Shown: positions 47,718 to 57,551 of the stretch, one piece after another
How positions within the stretch are numbered: the first letter of the stretch is position 1
How the letters are laid out: each line of letters starts with the position of its first letter
Source: Candidatus Shapirobacteria bacterium
Lineage (GTDB): Bacteria; Patescibacteriota; Microgenomatia; UBA12405
Direction: 5' to 3'
Length of the DNA: 64,000 nt
NCBI GenBank assembly: GCA_030698565.1
Contig: JAUYJS010000005.1
Span: forward strand, 90,497 to 154,496
Made by a program: the position numbers and the translations under genes
Notes under the pieces: model-generated
What the model saw: the letters and a program-made list of their open reading frames with translations, nothing else
Database searches by the model: none
Told to the model about the DNA's origin: nothing

Positions 47718-48920
47718 TTAGACAGTAAATTGGCCATCTTTATATATAATTATTGTTTCTTTATTATTTAAAGTGGCTGTAACCACCCTGTTTTTCGTAG
47801 AAATAATATCGGTATGTATGACTGAGTCGTTATAGCCCATAGATGTCCATTCTTTTTTGGAAACCTTAGTTAAGTCCCCAGTGTAAGATTCTTTATATGC
47901 CATGCCGAGCGCAATATGGGTATTACCAAACTCTCCCCCAAAGTTTTCATCAAAAAGTGTTTCGGCCATAAATTTATATATGTGAGACATCCTTTTGTCG
48001 GTCAAAGAAAATTCACCTATTTTGTTGGCATTCTTAACTTTAACCATTTCTTCAATTATTTTTTGGCCTTGCTTGGCTTCGACTTTAATTACTATTCCTT
48101 TTTTAAATTCCAACTTAATATCCTTAATTATATTTCCATAACGATAAAGCGGCATGTCAAATGAAATTTGACCTTCGGTTCGGCGCCAATCGGGCGATAT
48201 AAATACTTCAAAGCTAGGAATATTAAGGCCGTCACCACCAATCCAAGATCTATTTTTATCAACTCCAATAATTAAATCGGTTCCATTTGACTCAATATGT
48301 AAGTGGTCTATGTCTAAAGAATTAAGGCTTTTTTTGATGCGATTAATTTCATTTTTAGTATCCTGCCATTTTTTAATTGGATTTGAATCGTCTAAATAGC
48401 ATGCTTTTATAATCTGCTGCCAACATTCTTTGAGTGATAAGCCAGCTTCTTGGGCCATAGCTTCGGTAGCATATAGACCCAAAGTCCAAGTAAATTTATT
48501 TTCAAGTTCTTTTTTGTTACGCCAATCCATATATGGCTTGAGAGATCTGTTTCTCTCCATTATTTTTCTTGGGTCAATTCCCTCTAATTCATGTTTATTG
48601 GTCTCGGCTATTATTGAAATAAAATGATCAGCCTCTTTTATTTTTCCTTTTAAAAAAAAAGATGGGAAAAAAGCGATTTGATCGTCGCTAGCCAAATCAA
48701 AAAAATCCTTCATTAATTCATCTGGAATGTACTGAATAATTGGATGGGCTTCTGCTTTTAATACCGCTTTTTGAAGTGCAATTAATAATGGTTTAGCTGT
48801 CTCTGGAACCTGTAAAAAGACTGTTTCGTTTTTCTTTATACCAGCACCACTGTTTAAAGCATAGTTAACCAAAATATTGGCATAATTATTTAAAATGTTT
48901 TCACTCGGTTGATAAGACAT
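47718..48920 (-). CDS. Aminopeptidase, M29 (AmpS/PepS) family; start revised to the internal ATG
   Basis: MSYQPSENILNNYANILVNYALNSGAGIKKNETVF is a typical M29 N-terminus. The 43 codons upstream in the ORF track look non-native. Confidence 0.7.
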   Translation of the reverse strand: MSYQPSENILNNYANILVNYALNSGAGIKKNETVFLQVPETAKPLLIALQKAVLKAEAHPIIQYIPDELMKDFFDLASDDQIAFFPSFFLKGKIKEADHFISIIAETNKHELEGIDPRKIMERNRSLKPYMDWRNKKELENKFTWTLGLYATEAMAQEAGLSLKECWQQIIKACYLDDSNPIKKWQDTKNEINRIKKSLNSLDIDHLHIESNGTDLIIGVDKNRSWIGGDGLNIPSFEVFISPDWRRTEGQISFDMPLYRYGNIIKDIKLEFKKGIVIKVEAKQGQKIIEEMVKVKNANKIGEFSLTDKRMSHIYKFMAETLFDENFGGEFGNTHIALGMAYKESYTGDLTKVSKKEWTSMGYNDSVIHTDIISTKNRVVTATLNNKETIIIYKDGQFTV

Positions 48921-48993
48921 GGCTATATTATAAGTGAAAACTGAATCAAGATAAGCAGTTAAGCTATATTTAATATAAAATAGTTTTATATTT

Positions 48994-49161
48994 ATGCAAA
49001 ACTTAGACGAATTCTTTATTAAAATTAAATTAAATCCAGAACAGTCCACTGCCGTTAGAGAATTTATTATTGACTTACTGGTTGATAATTTAAAATTAAT
49101 GAAAGAAGAATATAACGGTGAAATTGATCGAGCTATTAAAGGTTTATTAGAAGCAAAGTAG
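48994..49161 (+). CDS. Possible small ORF (55 aa), not in the ORF track
   Basis: ATG at 48994 to TAG at 49159-49161 encodes MQNLDEFFIKIKLNPEQSTAVREFIIDLLVDNLKLMKEEYNGEIDRAIKGLLEAK. The composition is helical and charged, and it fills an otherwise empty 260-nt gap. Confidence 0.25.
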   Translation: MQNLDEFFIKIKLNPEQSTAVREFIIDLLVDNLKLMKEEYNGEIDRAIKGLLEAK

Positions 49162-49181
49162 CTTAGAAAATTTTATTCGCG

Positions 49182-50603
49182 TTAATCTAAACTTTCGACA
49201 TTTACCCCATAACCCCAATCCACTTCCGGAAATGAGTGTAATAATTTATGGATATAATTTTTTAGTTCGTTGTATTTTGTTTGATTACTTGATTCAAATT
49301 TTATAGTGAGATATGGACCATTTTGAGAATATCTGATTACAAACATAGAATCGGACATATCTAATCTAACTCCGTCACCAGCCCTTTCATCATCAATAAT
49401 TTTTGCATCAGGATAATCTTGCTTTAGTATTTGACTTACCTTTTCTGTTAGCGCAACTTTTTTGTCATCAGCACAGCCAACTTTAATTTCTGGGCTAGAA
49501 ATATATTTGGGTAAGGAGTTGACTGCTTGAGATAAAGTTTGATTGGTTCTAGATAAAAAATCCAGTAATCTCATGGTTGAATAAATACCATCGTCATGGT
49601 TATAAAAATCGGCAGAAAAGAAAAAGTGACCAGATAGTTCACCAATAAAAGCAGCTTTAACTTCTTGGTTTTTTTTCTTCAAAAAAGAATGGCCAGTTCT
49701 CCACATAAATGGAACGCCACCGTGCTTGATGATTGTGTCTTCAACTACTTTTGAACACAAAGTGTTGTACATAATTTTGTCACCGGCATGATGATCCAAA
49801 ACATCACTGGCGAATAAAGCAACTAAAACATCATTCCAAATAATGCCGCCTTTTTCATCGACGATACCAATACGGTCACCATCGGCATCGTAGGTAAAAC
49901 CAATATCAGCGCCGCTTTCTAAAACTTCTTGCGAAATTCTTTTAGCAACTTGAGATTCAGTAGGATCTGGGGTTCCTAGAGGAAACGACGAATCAATATT
50001 GCAATTTTTTTCGATAACTTCAAAACCGGCTTTTTTTAGAATTATAGGGACAAGTGCGCCGGCAGTAGTACAACTAGGATCAACCAAAACCTTCATAGAT
50101 TTAAAATTAGAAAATCTTTTTAAAATGTCATCAAAATAAGCTTCGTTTATTTCCTGAAAAGTAACGTTACCGATTTTCTCTCCCGCCAAATAATCTTCTG
50201 ATTCGACTAAACTATAAATTTCTTGGATACCGTCACTAACCAGCGTTTCTGAAAAATCAGCCGCTAATTTAAAACCGTTATATTCTGCTGGATTATGGGA
50301 AGCGGTAATAAATGCTCCACCCTTTCTGTTTAAATAATATTGAGCCCAATAAAAAGTTCCGACCATAGTCAAACCAATATTAATTACGTCTATTCCTGTC
50401 CAGTTAAGTCCTTTTATAAATGCATCTGAATATTCTTTGCTACTAGCCCGACAATCATAGCCAACAACGGCCTCGAAAATACCTCTTTTTTTTAGATATG
50501 TTCCGTGGGCTCTACCAATATGCTCCGCAATTTCTGAATTCAAATCTTGATTAACAATTCCTCGAATATCATAACCACGAAAAATACTTTTATTTACTTG
50601 CAT
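49182..50603 (-). CDS. Phosphoglucomutase/phosphomannomutase family (alpha-D-phosphohexomutase)
   Basis: Active-site TASHNPAEYNGFK and the four-domain, 473-aa length. Confidence 0.85.
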   Translation of the reverse strand: MQVNKSIFRGYDIRGIVNQDLNSEIAEHIGRAHGTYLKKRGIFEAVVGYDCRASSKEYSDAFIKGLNWTGIDVINIGLTMVGTFYWAQYYLNRKGGAFITASHNPAEYNGFKLAADFSETLVSDGIQEIYSLVESEDYLAGEKIGNVTFQEINEAYFDDILKRFSNFKSMKVLVDPSCTTAGALVPIILKKAGFEVIEKNCNIDSSFPLGTPDPTESQVAKRISQEVLESGADIGFTYDADGDRIGIVDEKGGIIWNDVLVALFASDVLDHHAGDKIMYNTLCSKVVEDTIIKHGGVPFMWRTGHSFLKKKNQEVKAAFIGELSGHFFFSADFYNHDDGIYSTMRLLDFLSRTNQTLSQAVNSLPKYISSPEIKVGCADDKKVALTEKVSQILKQDYPDAKIIDDERAGDGVRLDMSDSMFVIRYSQNGPYLTIKFESSNQTKYNELKNYIHKLLHSFPEVDWGYGVNVESLD

Positions 50604-50660
50604 GATTTTTTTTAACTATTTAATGTTGGTATTTTAAAATATATCACAAAAAAATATGGG

Positions 50661-51029
50661 TTGCTTATTTTTGGGGCAATTTTGTTAAAATCAGTCATGG
50701 AACAAATAGATTATGCCGATTTTGCCAAAGTTGAGTTTCAAATTGGTCAAATAATTGAGGCAGAGAAACTAGAAGCATCAGAAAAATTAGTTAAAATGAA
50801 GGTTGATTTTGGTGAAGCCGGAATTAAAACAGTATTCTCGGGAATTTATAAATGGTATAAACCGGAAGATTTATTGAATAAAAAATCTGTTTTCGTGGTC
50901 AATATTAAACCTTTAAAAATTGTGGGCGAATTGTCAGAAGCCATGATTTTTGCCGCTTCAGGTGAAGATGAAAGTGTCAGCTTATTACTTCTTGATAAAG
51001 ATTTACCTATTGGTTCAAAGGTATTTTAA
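50661..51029 (+). CDS. tRNA-binding domain protein (CsaA/Trbp111/EMAPII-like OB fold)
   Basis: DFAKVEFQIGQIIEAEKLEASEKLVKMKVDFGE...VVNIKPLKIVGELSEAMIF is the Myf-domain signature. It lies immediately upstream of argS. Confidence 0.75.
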   Translation: MLIFGAILLKSVMEQIDYADFAKVEFQIGQIIEAEKLEASEKLVKMKVDFGEAGIKTVFSGIYKWYKPEDLLNKKSVFVVNIKPLKIVGELSEAMIFAASGEDESVSLLLLDKDLPIGSKVF

Positions 51030-51030
51030 T

Positions 51031-52758
51031 ATGAACAATATTGTAAAGATAATATCTGATGACATATTCAAAGTTTGTGCAGAGTTAGGTATAAAAGTTA
51101 ATAAAGGTGAAATAAAATTAGAACATCCTGCTGATACTCAATTTGGAGATTATGCTACTAGTTTGCCTATGGGATTGGCTAAATCGGAACACAAAAGTCC
51201 AAACGAAATTGCTGGTAGTATAAAGGCGAGACTGGATAAAATTATTGATAAAGAAATAATTGAAAAAGTTGAAATTGCTGGGGCGGGATTTATAAATTTT
51301 TATTTGAAAAAAGAATTTTTAATCAAAGAGGCAGAAGTCTTAAATTATGAATTGGAATTCAAAAATAAGTTATCAGAAGTAGGACATGGAAAAACACTGG
51401 TTATTGATTACTCGGCACCAAATATTGCTAAGCCTTTTGGAATTGGTCATTTGAGATCGACTAATATTGGTCAATCTTTATATAACTTATATAAAATACT
51501 GGGTTGGAACACTATCGGAGATAATCATATCGGTGACTGGGGAACACAATTTGGAAAATTAATTGTAGCCATTAAAAGATTGGGTTCTGCAAAGCAGAAT
51601 TTAGATGATTTGACAATTGAGGATTTAGAAAAGCTTTATGTTAAATTTCACAAAGAAGCAGAAACTAATCCAGAATTAGTTGATGAAGGTAGAGACTGGT
51701 TTTCCAAACTGGAAAATGGCGACAAAGAAGCAAAAGAAAATTGGCAAAAATGTATTGATATTTCTTTTAAGGAATATGATCAAGTCTATGAATTGTTAGA
51801 TGTAAAAATTGACGAGATTCACGGAGAATCGTTTTATGCCAATATGCTACCTGAAATAATTGATGGGATTACTAAAAAGGGTATTACTAAAATAAGCGAC
51901 GGGGCACTTATTATTGAATTTGATGATATGCCGCCGGCCATGCTTAGAAAATCAAACGGAACAACTACGTATCTTACCCGTGATATGGCGACAATTAAAT
52001 ATCGAAAAGAAATATGGAACCCAGATATGGTAATTTATGAAGTTGGAGCTGACCAGCAATTGCATTTTAGACAAGTATTTAAAATAGCCGAACTTATGGG
52101 TTGGATGCCAAAAGAGGGTTTAGTACACGTGGCTCATGGATTAATTAGATGGCCAACTGGTAAATTTTCTACTAGAAAAGGTGACACTATTCATTTGTCC
52201 GATGTAATTGATAGGGCGATGGAAAAGGCAGAAGAAATTGCGAATAAAAGCCAAGTGAGTAAAGACTTATCGACAGAGGAAAAAAAGGAAATGATTAAAA
52301 ATGTAGCCATCGGGGCGATTAAGTTTAATGATTTGTCGTCAGACCCAAAAAGAGATATTGTTTTTGATTGGGATCAGGTAATGAGTCTAGAGGGAGATTC
52401 TGGCCCATACCTTCAATATACTTACGCTCGGTGTTGCAGTGTCCTTGATAAAACTAAAATTAAAGAACAGAAAAATATTAATAATTCAGCTGAAAACTTA
52501 AACCCAGAAGAATTGGCTTTGTTAAAAGAGTTTTATAAATTTGAAGAAAAAATAATTGAGGCGGCCACTCGATTCTCGCCTTCTGTTGTTGCTGAATATT
52601 TAATTAATGTTGCCAGAAAATATAATGAATTTTATGGGAAACATAGAATATTAGATCAGCCCGAGGAAAATTTTCGAATATTTTTAACTAAAACAACTTC
52701 TAGTATCTTGGAAATCGGCTTGAAACTTTTGGGAATCAAACCGATTGAAAAAATGTAA
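51031..52758 (+). CDS. argS: Arginyl-tRNA synthetase
   Basis: N-terminal Arg_tRNA_synt_N, HIGH-like PNIAKPFGIGHLRST and a C-terminal DALR anticodon-binding region ending KM. The start is set at ATG 51031, since the track ORF begins earlier inside the upstream gene. Confidence 0.9.
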   Translation: MNNIVKIISDDIFKVCAELGIKVNKGEIKLEHPADTQFGDYATSLPMGLAKSEHKSPNEIAGSIKARLDKIIDKEIIEKVEIAGAGFINFYLKKEFLIKEAEVLNYELEFKNKLSEVGHGKTLVIDYSAPNIAKPFGIGHLRSTNIGQSLYNLYKILGWNTIGDNHIGDWGTQFGKLIVAIKRLGSAKQNLDDLTIEDLEKLYVKFHKEAETNPELVDEGRDWFSKLENGDKEAKENWQKCIDISFKEYDQVYELLDVKIDEIHGESFYANMLPEIIDGITKKGITKISDGALIIEFDDMPPAMLRKSNGTTTYLTRDMATIKYRKEIWNPDMVIYEVGADQQLHFRQVFKIAELMGWMPKEGLVHVAHGLIRWPTGKFSTRKGDTIHLSDVIDRAMEKAEEIANKSQVSKDLSTEEKKEMIKNVAIGAIKFNDLSSDPKRDIVFDWDQVMSLEGDSGPYLQYTYARCCSVLDKTKIKEQKNINNSAENLNPEELALLKEFYKFEEKIIEAATRFSPSVVAEYLINVARKYNEFYGKHRILDQPEENFRIFLTKTTSSILEIGLKLLGIKPIEKM

Positions 52759-55140
52759 TTAGTTTAATGTCGGAGCCGCAAATAGTTGGCTGTATATTTC
52801 GTTATAATGTTCGACGGGAATAAATTTGATCCCATTTCTAACTTCCTTAGGTATTTCAACTAAAGATTTTTTATTATCTTTTGGTATAAAAATAGTTTTT
52901 AAACCAGCTCTGTGAGCAGCAATAGATTTTTCTTTTAATCCGCCGATTTCTAGGATATTACCCCGGATAGTTATTTCCCCTGTCATTCCAACATCTTTTG
53001 GTATGGTAGTTCCTTTTAGGGCTGAAATTAAAGAGGTGGTAATAGCTCCACCGGCTGATGGGCCATCTTTTGGAGTAGCGCCTTCGGGTACATGAATATG
53101 AATATCTATCTTGTGGAAATCTTGATTAATACCAAAATTTTTAGCTTGACTACGGACATAAGACAGGGCGGCTTGACAGGATTCTTTCATAACAGAGCCA
53201 AGTTTTCCAGTCAAAATTAATTGTCCTTTGCCGGGCATAATGTTTACCTCTATAAATAGAATATCGCCACCGACTGAAGTCCAGGCGAGACCAGTGGAAA
53301 TACCGATTTCGTCCTTTTTACCCTTTAGTTGGGAAGAGAACTTTTCCGGGCCCAAAAACTTTTTAATAGTTTTAATATTATTTAAGTCAACTTTTTTCGT
53401 GTTGGTAGTTACTATTTTTTTGGCTACTTTTCTAAAAAGAGTAGCTATGGTTCTTTCTAAACTTCGGACACCGGCTTCTCTTGTATATTTATCTATGATG
53501 AACCTCAAGGTGTTGTCTTTGATTTCATCTATATTTTTTTCATACAAACCATTGGCTTTTAATTCTTTTTTGATTAAATATTTTTTGGCAATATGGAACT
53601 TTTCGTCCTGAGTGTAACCAGAAAAATTAATAATTTCCAAACGATCACGTAATGGACCAGGAATAGTACTAATTTCATTGCCAGTTAGAATAAAAAATAC
53701 TTTAGATAAATCGATAGGAAAATCTAGATAATGATCAGCAAAATCCCGGTTTTGTTCTGGATCTAAGGTTTCCAAAAGAGCGGCCGATGGATCTCCTCGA
53801 TAATCAGCACCAATTTTATCAATTTCATCTAACATAAAAACAGGATTCATACTTTTAGCATCTTTTAGACCTTTAACAATACGGCCGGGCATGGCACCGA
53901 CATAGGTTCTTCGGTGACCCCTGATTTCTGCTTCATCGCGGATACCACCAAGAGATGCACGGACAAATTCTCTACCAAGTGCACTGGCAATAGATTTACC
54001 CAAAGAAGTTTTACCAACACCCGGAGGGCCAATGAAACACAAAATATTGGCGACGGAATGAAGTTCATCCTTGTCTTTTTTATTTTTATTTTTTAGAGTT
54101 AACACGGCTAAATATTCAAGGATTCTTTCTTTGACATCTTTTAAACCGTAATGATCGTCGTCTAATATTTGAGCAGCTTTAGAAAGCTTAATATCGAAAT
54201 TGGAGTATTTACCCCAAGGCATCTCAATAACAGTTTCTAGATAAGTTCTAATATAACTAGACTCTGGTGCCATGGCACCCATCTCAGTAAGACGGTTAAG
54301 TTCTTTTAACATTTTCTTTTTTATATCCTTGGGCATAGCTGATTTACGAATCTTGTTTTCCAAATCGCCAAACTCACTACTATCACTTCCATGACCAAGT
54401 CTTTTTAACTCTTTTTCGATTTGTCTTTTTCTTTCTTCAAGCACATTTCTTTTCATGCCAGTATTAAATTTCTCTTGAGTTTTTTCTTCGATCGACCGTT
54501 CTAGCTCAGCAATTTTCATTTCTTTAACTAAGTATTCAGTAGCTGATTTAAGTCTAAAGCTAACGAGCAAAGTTTCTAAAAGAATTTGTTTTTCGGCAAT
54601 TTTGGCTTCAATTGAAAAACAAACTTGATCAGCTAAATCACTACTCGATACACCAGTGCTTAACTGCATCATGGCTGGCAGATCAAATTGTCGACCCATA
54701 GCAAATGCTTTTTTTAGTTGGCTTAATAAGGCCTCAGCTGATTGTTGTATATCAGAAACTGGTTCGTTTATTAGTGGTAGGTCGACATATTCGACTAAAA
54801 AATGTGGTTCCGATTGAACTAATTTAACAATGTTTACGCGAGAAATTCCTTTGACAATAGCATGTAAACTACCGTCAGTTTGCAAAATATGTTCAATTTT
54901 TGCTAAAACCCCAACGGTATAAATATCGTCCATTTGGGGTTTTTCTGTTTTAGCATTTTGCTGGGTAGCAATTATTACCAATTTATTGGTATTATCGTAG
55001 GCGTAAAGAAGAGAGTTCATGGATTCTTTACGACCGAAAAATAATGAGGTTTCTACTGAAGGAAACAAGACCAAATTGCGAAGAGGAATTAAAGGTAAAA
55101 CCTTTCTAACTGGTTGGAGTGTTTTTGGATTATTTTTCAT
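52759..55140 (-). CDS. lon: ATP-dependent Lon protease
   Basis: LON N-domain, AAA+ GPPGVGKTSLGKSIA and protease-domain PKDGPSAGG (catalytic Ser). 793 aa. Confidence 0.95.
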   Translation of the reverse strand: MKNNPKTLQPVRKVLPLIPLRNLVLFPSVETSLFFGRKESMNSLLYAYDNTNKLVIIATQQNAKTEKPQMDDIYTVGVLAKIEHILQTDGSLHAIVKGISRVNIVKLVQSEPHFLVEYVDLPLINEPVSDIQQSAEALLSQLKKAFAMGRQFDLPAMMQLSTGVSSSDLADQVCFSIEAKIAEKQILLETLLVSFRLKSATEYLVKEMKIAELERSIEEKTQEKFNTGMKRNVLEERKRQIEKELKRLGHGSDSSEFGDLENKIRKSAMPKDIKKKMLKELNRLTEMGAMAPESSYIRTYLETVIEMPWGKYSNFDIKLSKAAQILDDDHYGLKDVKERILEYLAVLTLKNKNKKDKDELHSVANILCFIGPPGVGKTSLGKSIASALGREFVRASLGGIRDEAEIRGHRRTYVGAMPGRIVKGLKDAKSMNPVFMLDEIDKIGADYRGDPSAALLETLDPEQNRDFADHYLDFPIDLSKVFFILTGNEISTIPGPLRDRLEIINFSGYTQDEKFHIAKKYLIKKELKANGLYEKNIDEIKDNTLRFIIDKYTREAGVRSLERTIATLFRKVAKKIVTTNTKKVDLNNIKTIKKFLGPEKFSSQLKGKKDEIGISTGLAWTSVGGDILFIEVNIMPGKGQLILTGKLGSVMKESCQAALSYVRSQAKNFGINQDFHKIDIHIHVPEGATPKDGPSAGGAITTSLISALKGTTIPKDVGMTGEITIRGNILEIGGLKEKSIAAHRAGLKTIFIPKDNKKSLVEIPKEVRNGIKFIPVEHYNEIYSQLFAAPTLN

Positions 55141-55220
55141 ATTGAGAGTATATTTAGCAGTCTAGCATTTTGTTTGCTAAGTGTCAATTATAATTTTTAA
55201 ATTAAGTTAAAATACCAGAT

Positions 55221-56135
55221 ATGAATATAACAGAAAATATGCAAATTAAATTTGGTCGAGTGGTTTTAATGGGACGACCAAACACTGGCAAGTCAACTAT
55301 ATTGAATGCCATATTAAAACAAAAGGTAGCCATCACTTCCCCACTGCCACAGACAACCAGGAGAAATATGAGGGTAGTTTACTCCGATTCTAGGGGTAAA
55401 ATAGTTTTTTCAGATACTCCAGGAATTATTAATAAGGTGGACGATCTGATTGGCAAACAAGTTAATACTGAAGCACCAAAAGAAGTGGGTAGGGCTGATG
55501 TTGTTGTGTGCCTAGTGGATATATCGAGACCAAAAAGCGAAGAAGAAAATAAGGTATTAGGTCTAATTAGAAAGACAAACGCTAAAAAGGTTTTGGTGTA
55601 CAACAAAATGGATAAGGCTAGGGGTAGTAAAGATCATTTGGCTGAATATAAATATCTGGAAGATGAGTTTGATGATTTTATTGAAACAAGTGCTTTGAAA
55701 GAAAAAAATGTAGGTGGATTGTTGAATATAATTTTTGATTTATTACCAATTGGAGATCCAAAGGAAATTGAAAAGGACGTTGAAGTGTTGGAATCAAAGG
55801 GCGGTCCGTTAATTAGTATGGGTTCTAAGGAGTTTGTGGCGGAAATAATTAGAGAAAAAACTTACTTGTTTTTGAGAGAAGAGCTCCCATATACTATTTT
55901 TGTGGCAGTTGATGAAATAAAAGATAAAAGAAAGTTAATTTTAATTAAAGCGTCTATTTATACTAGTGGCGATAGATATAAAAAAATGATTATCGGAACT
56001 GCGGGTAAAAAAATAAAAGAAATCGGCTATAACGCTCGTAAAGAATTAGAATTAATGTCGCAAAGAAAAGTCTTCTTGGAACTAACAGTAAAAGTAGATA
56101 AACACTGGCAAGAAACAGAAACCTTGAACTATTGA
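55221..56135 (+). CDS. era: GTPase Era
   Basis: G1 GRPNTGKST, G2 PQTTR, DTPG, NKMD and a C-terminal KH domain. Confidence 0.9.
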   Translation: MNITENMQIKFGRVVLMGRPNTGKSTILNAILKQKVAITSPLPQTTRRNMRVVYSDSRGKIVFSDTPGIINKVDDLIGKQVNTEAPKEVGRADVVVCLVDISRPKSEEENKVLGLIRKTNAKKVLVYNKMDKARGSKDHLAEYKYLEDEFDDFIETSALKEKNVGGLLNIIFDLLPIGDPKEIEKDVEVLESKGGPLISMGSKEFVAEIIREKTYLFLREELPYTIFVAVDEIKDKRKLILIKASIYTSGDRYKKMIIGTAGKKIKEIGYNARKELELMSQRKVFLELTVKVDKHWQETETLNY

Positions 56136-56168
56136 CAAGGGTTTGGTTTTAAACTAGACTTATTTTAT

Positions 56169-56600
56169 ATGTCATCAAATTCATCAGGAAAATTTTTTGT
56201 AGCTGGTATTATTGGTGCTTTGGCCGGCGCGATTGGAGGCTTACTGTTGGCTCCTAAATCAGGTAAAGAAACTAGAAAAGAAATTACAAAATATGCTGAA
56301 AAATTAGCTAAATTGGTTAAAACAGAAACTGAAGAGACTGAAGATAGAGTTAAAGAAGTGTTTGGAAAGGTTACAGATACTTACCAAGAAAAATACAATG
56401 AGATTAAGTCAACTGTAACCCAAAAAATTGCTTCTTTAAAAACAGCTGGTAATGAAATTGATAAAGAAAAATATTTTTCGATCGTAGAATCGGTGGTTAG
56501 TGATTTTAAAGATGATCTAAAATCAGGTAAAAACGGAGCCATCAAAATGAGTAGTCAGCTTAAAAAAGACTGGGAAAAATTCAAAAAAGCTTTAGCTTAA
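56169..56600 (+). CDS. YtxH-like (DUF948) membrane-anchored coiled-coil protein
   Basis: The N-terminal hydrophobic stretch FFVAGIIGALAGAIGGLLLAPKSGKETRKE is typical of the YtxH family. Confidence 0.55.
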   Translation: MSSNSSGKFFVAGIIGALAGAIGGLLLAPKSGKETRKEITKYAEKLAKLVKTETEETEDRVKEVFGKVTDTYQEKYNEIKSTVTQKIASLKTAGNEIDKEKYFSIVESVVSDFKDDLKSGKNGAIKMSSQLKKDWEKFKKALA

Positions 56601-57542
56601 GTTCTTGGTAATTAAATCACTCAATTTTTTGATACTGTCACTATCTATTATAGAAACAAAGGCTTGGGGATTTAATTCTTTTTGAATTTTTTCTGCTGCA
56701 CCTTCAGGCAATAAATCAGACTTAGTTATAATTAAAATTTCTTTTTTTTCGGCTAATGTTGAAGAGTAATTTTCCATTTCAGTTCTGACAATTTTGTAAT
56801 CTGTTTTAAAATCAAAAGATTCGGCAGACAGACAGTGAACTATTATTTTTGTTTTTTCAATATGTTTTAGAAATTTATAGCCCAAACCTTTTCCCTCAGA
56901 AGCACCTTCAATTAAACCGGGAATATCGGCAATTATTTGTCCACCCTTGGTTACGCCTAAATTTGGTTCCAGTGTGGTGAAAGGATAATTGGCGATTTTA
57001 GCATCAGCAGATGTAAATTCATTTAAAAGACTGGTTTTCCCGGCATTGGGCAAACCAATTAAACCAACTTGAGCAATTAGTTTTAGTTTTAAAAATAAAT
57101 TTTTGGCGAGAGGTTTTTGACCGGGAGTTGATTCTAAAGGTGTCTGATTAGTTGAAGAACGATAATGGTGGTTACCATAACCACCTCGACCACCCTTGGC
57201 GATCATTTCGATTTGGCCAAGCTCAGTTAATTCAATCGAAGTACCGTTGTCAAAATTGATTATAGTGCCTACTGGTGCTTTTAAAATAAGATCTTCGCCA
57301 TTGGCACCCCTTCGATTATTGCGAGCGCCAGGAACGCCATTTGGTGCGGAAAATACCTTGGGAAAACGGAATTGATTTAATTTACTAATATCAGAAACGG
57401 CTTCAAAAAAAACAGATCCACCTTTACCACCGTCACCGCCGTCAGGACCACCCTTGGGCCGATGTTTGTCATGGTAAAAATGGACAACGCCATTGCCACC
57501 TTCTCCGGATTTGACTGTAATATAAACTTCATCAACTAACAT
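56592..57542 (-). CDS. obg: GTPase Obg (short form without C-terminal extension)
   Basis: Gly-rich Obg fold (GGNGVVHFYHDKHRPKGGPDGGDGGKGGSV) and G-domain GLPNAGKTSLL. 316 aa. Confidence 0.85.
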   Translation of the reverse strand: MLVDEVYITVKSGEGGNGVVHFYHDKHRPKGGPDGGDGGKGGSVFFEAVSDISKLNQFRFPKVFSAPNGVPGARNNRRGANGEDLILKAPVGTIINFDNGTSIELTELGQIEMIAKGGRGGYGNHHYRSSTNQTPLESTPGQKPLAKNLFLKLKLIAQVGLIGLPNAGKTSLLNEFTSADAKIANYPFTTLEPNLGVTKGGQIIADIPGLIEGASEGKGLGYKFLKHIEKTKIIVHCLSAESFDFKTDYKIVRTEMENYSSTLAEKKEILIITKSDLLPEGAAEKIQKELNPQAFVSIIDSDSIKKLSDLITKNLS

Positions 57543-57551
57543 ATTCGAGTA

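Noticed and set aside
47718-49049. Long N-terminal extension of the M29 aminopeptidase (start at 49049)
   Set aside because: The family-typical N-terminus begins at the internal Met (MSYQPSENIL...). The 43 upstream codons are Cys/Phe/Ile-rich and look non-native, so the start was moved to 48920.
50950-51030. ArgRS start at 50950 overlapping the tRNA-binding protein gene
   Set aside because: The upstream gene ends cleanly at 51029 and the ArgRS N-domain begins at the ATG at 51031. The 27-codon extension lies inside the other gene's frame.
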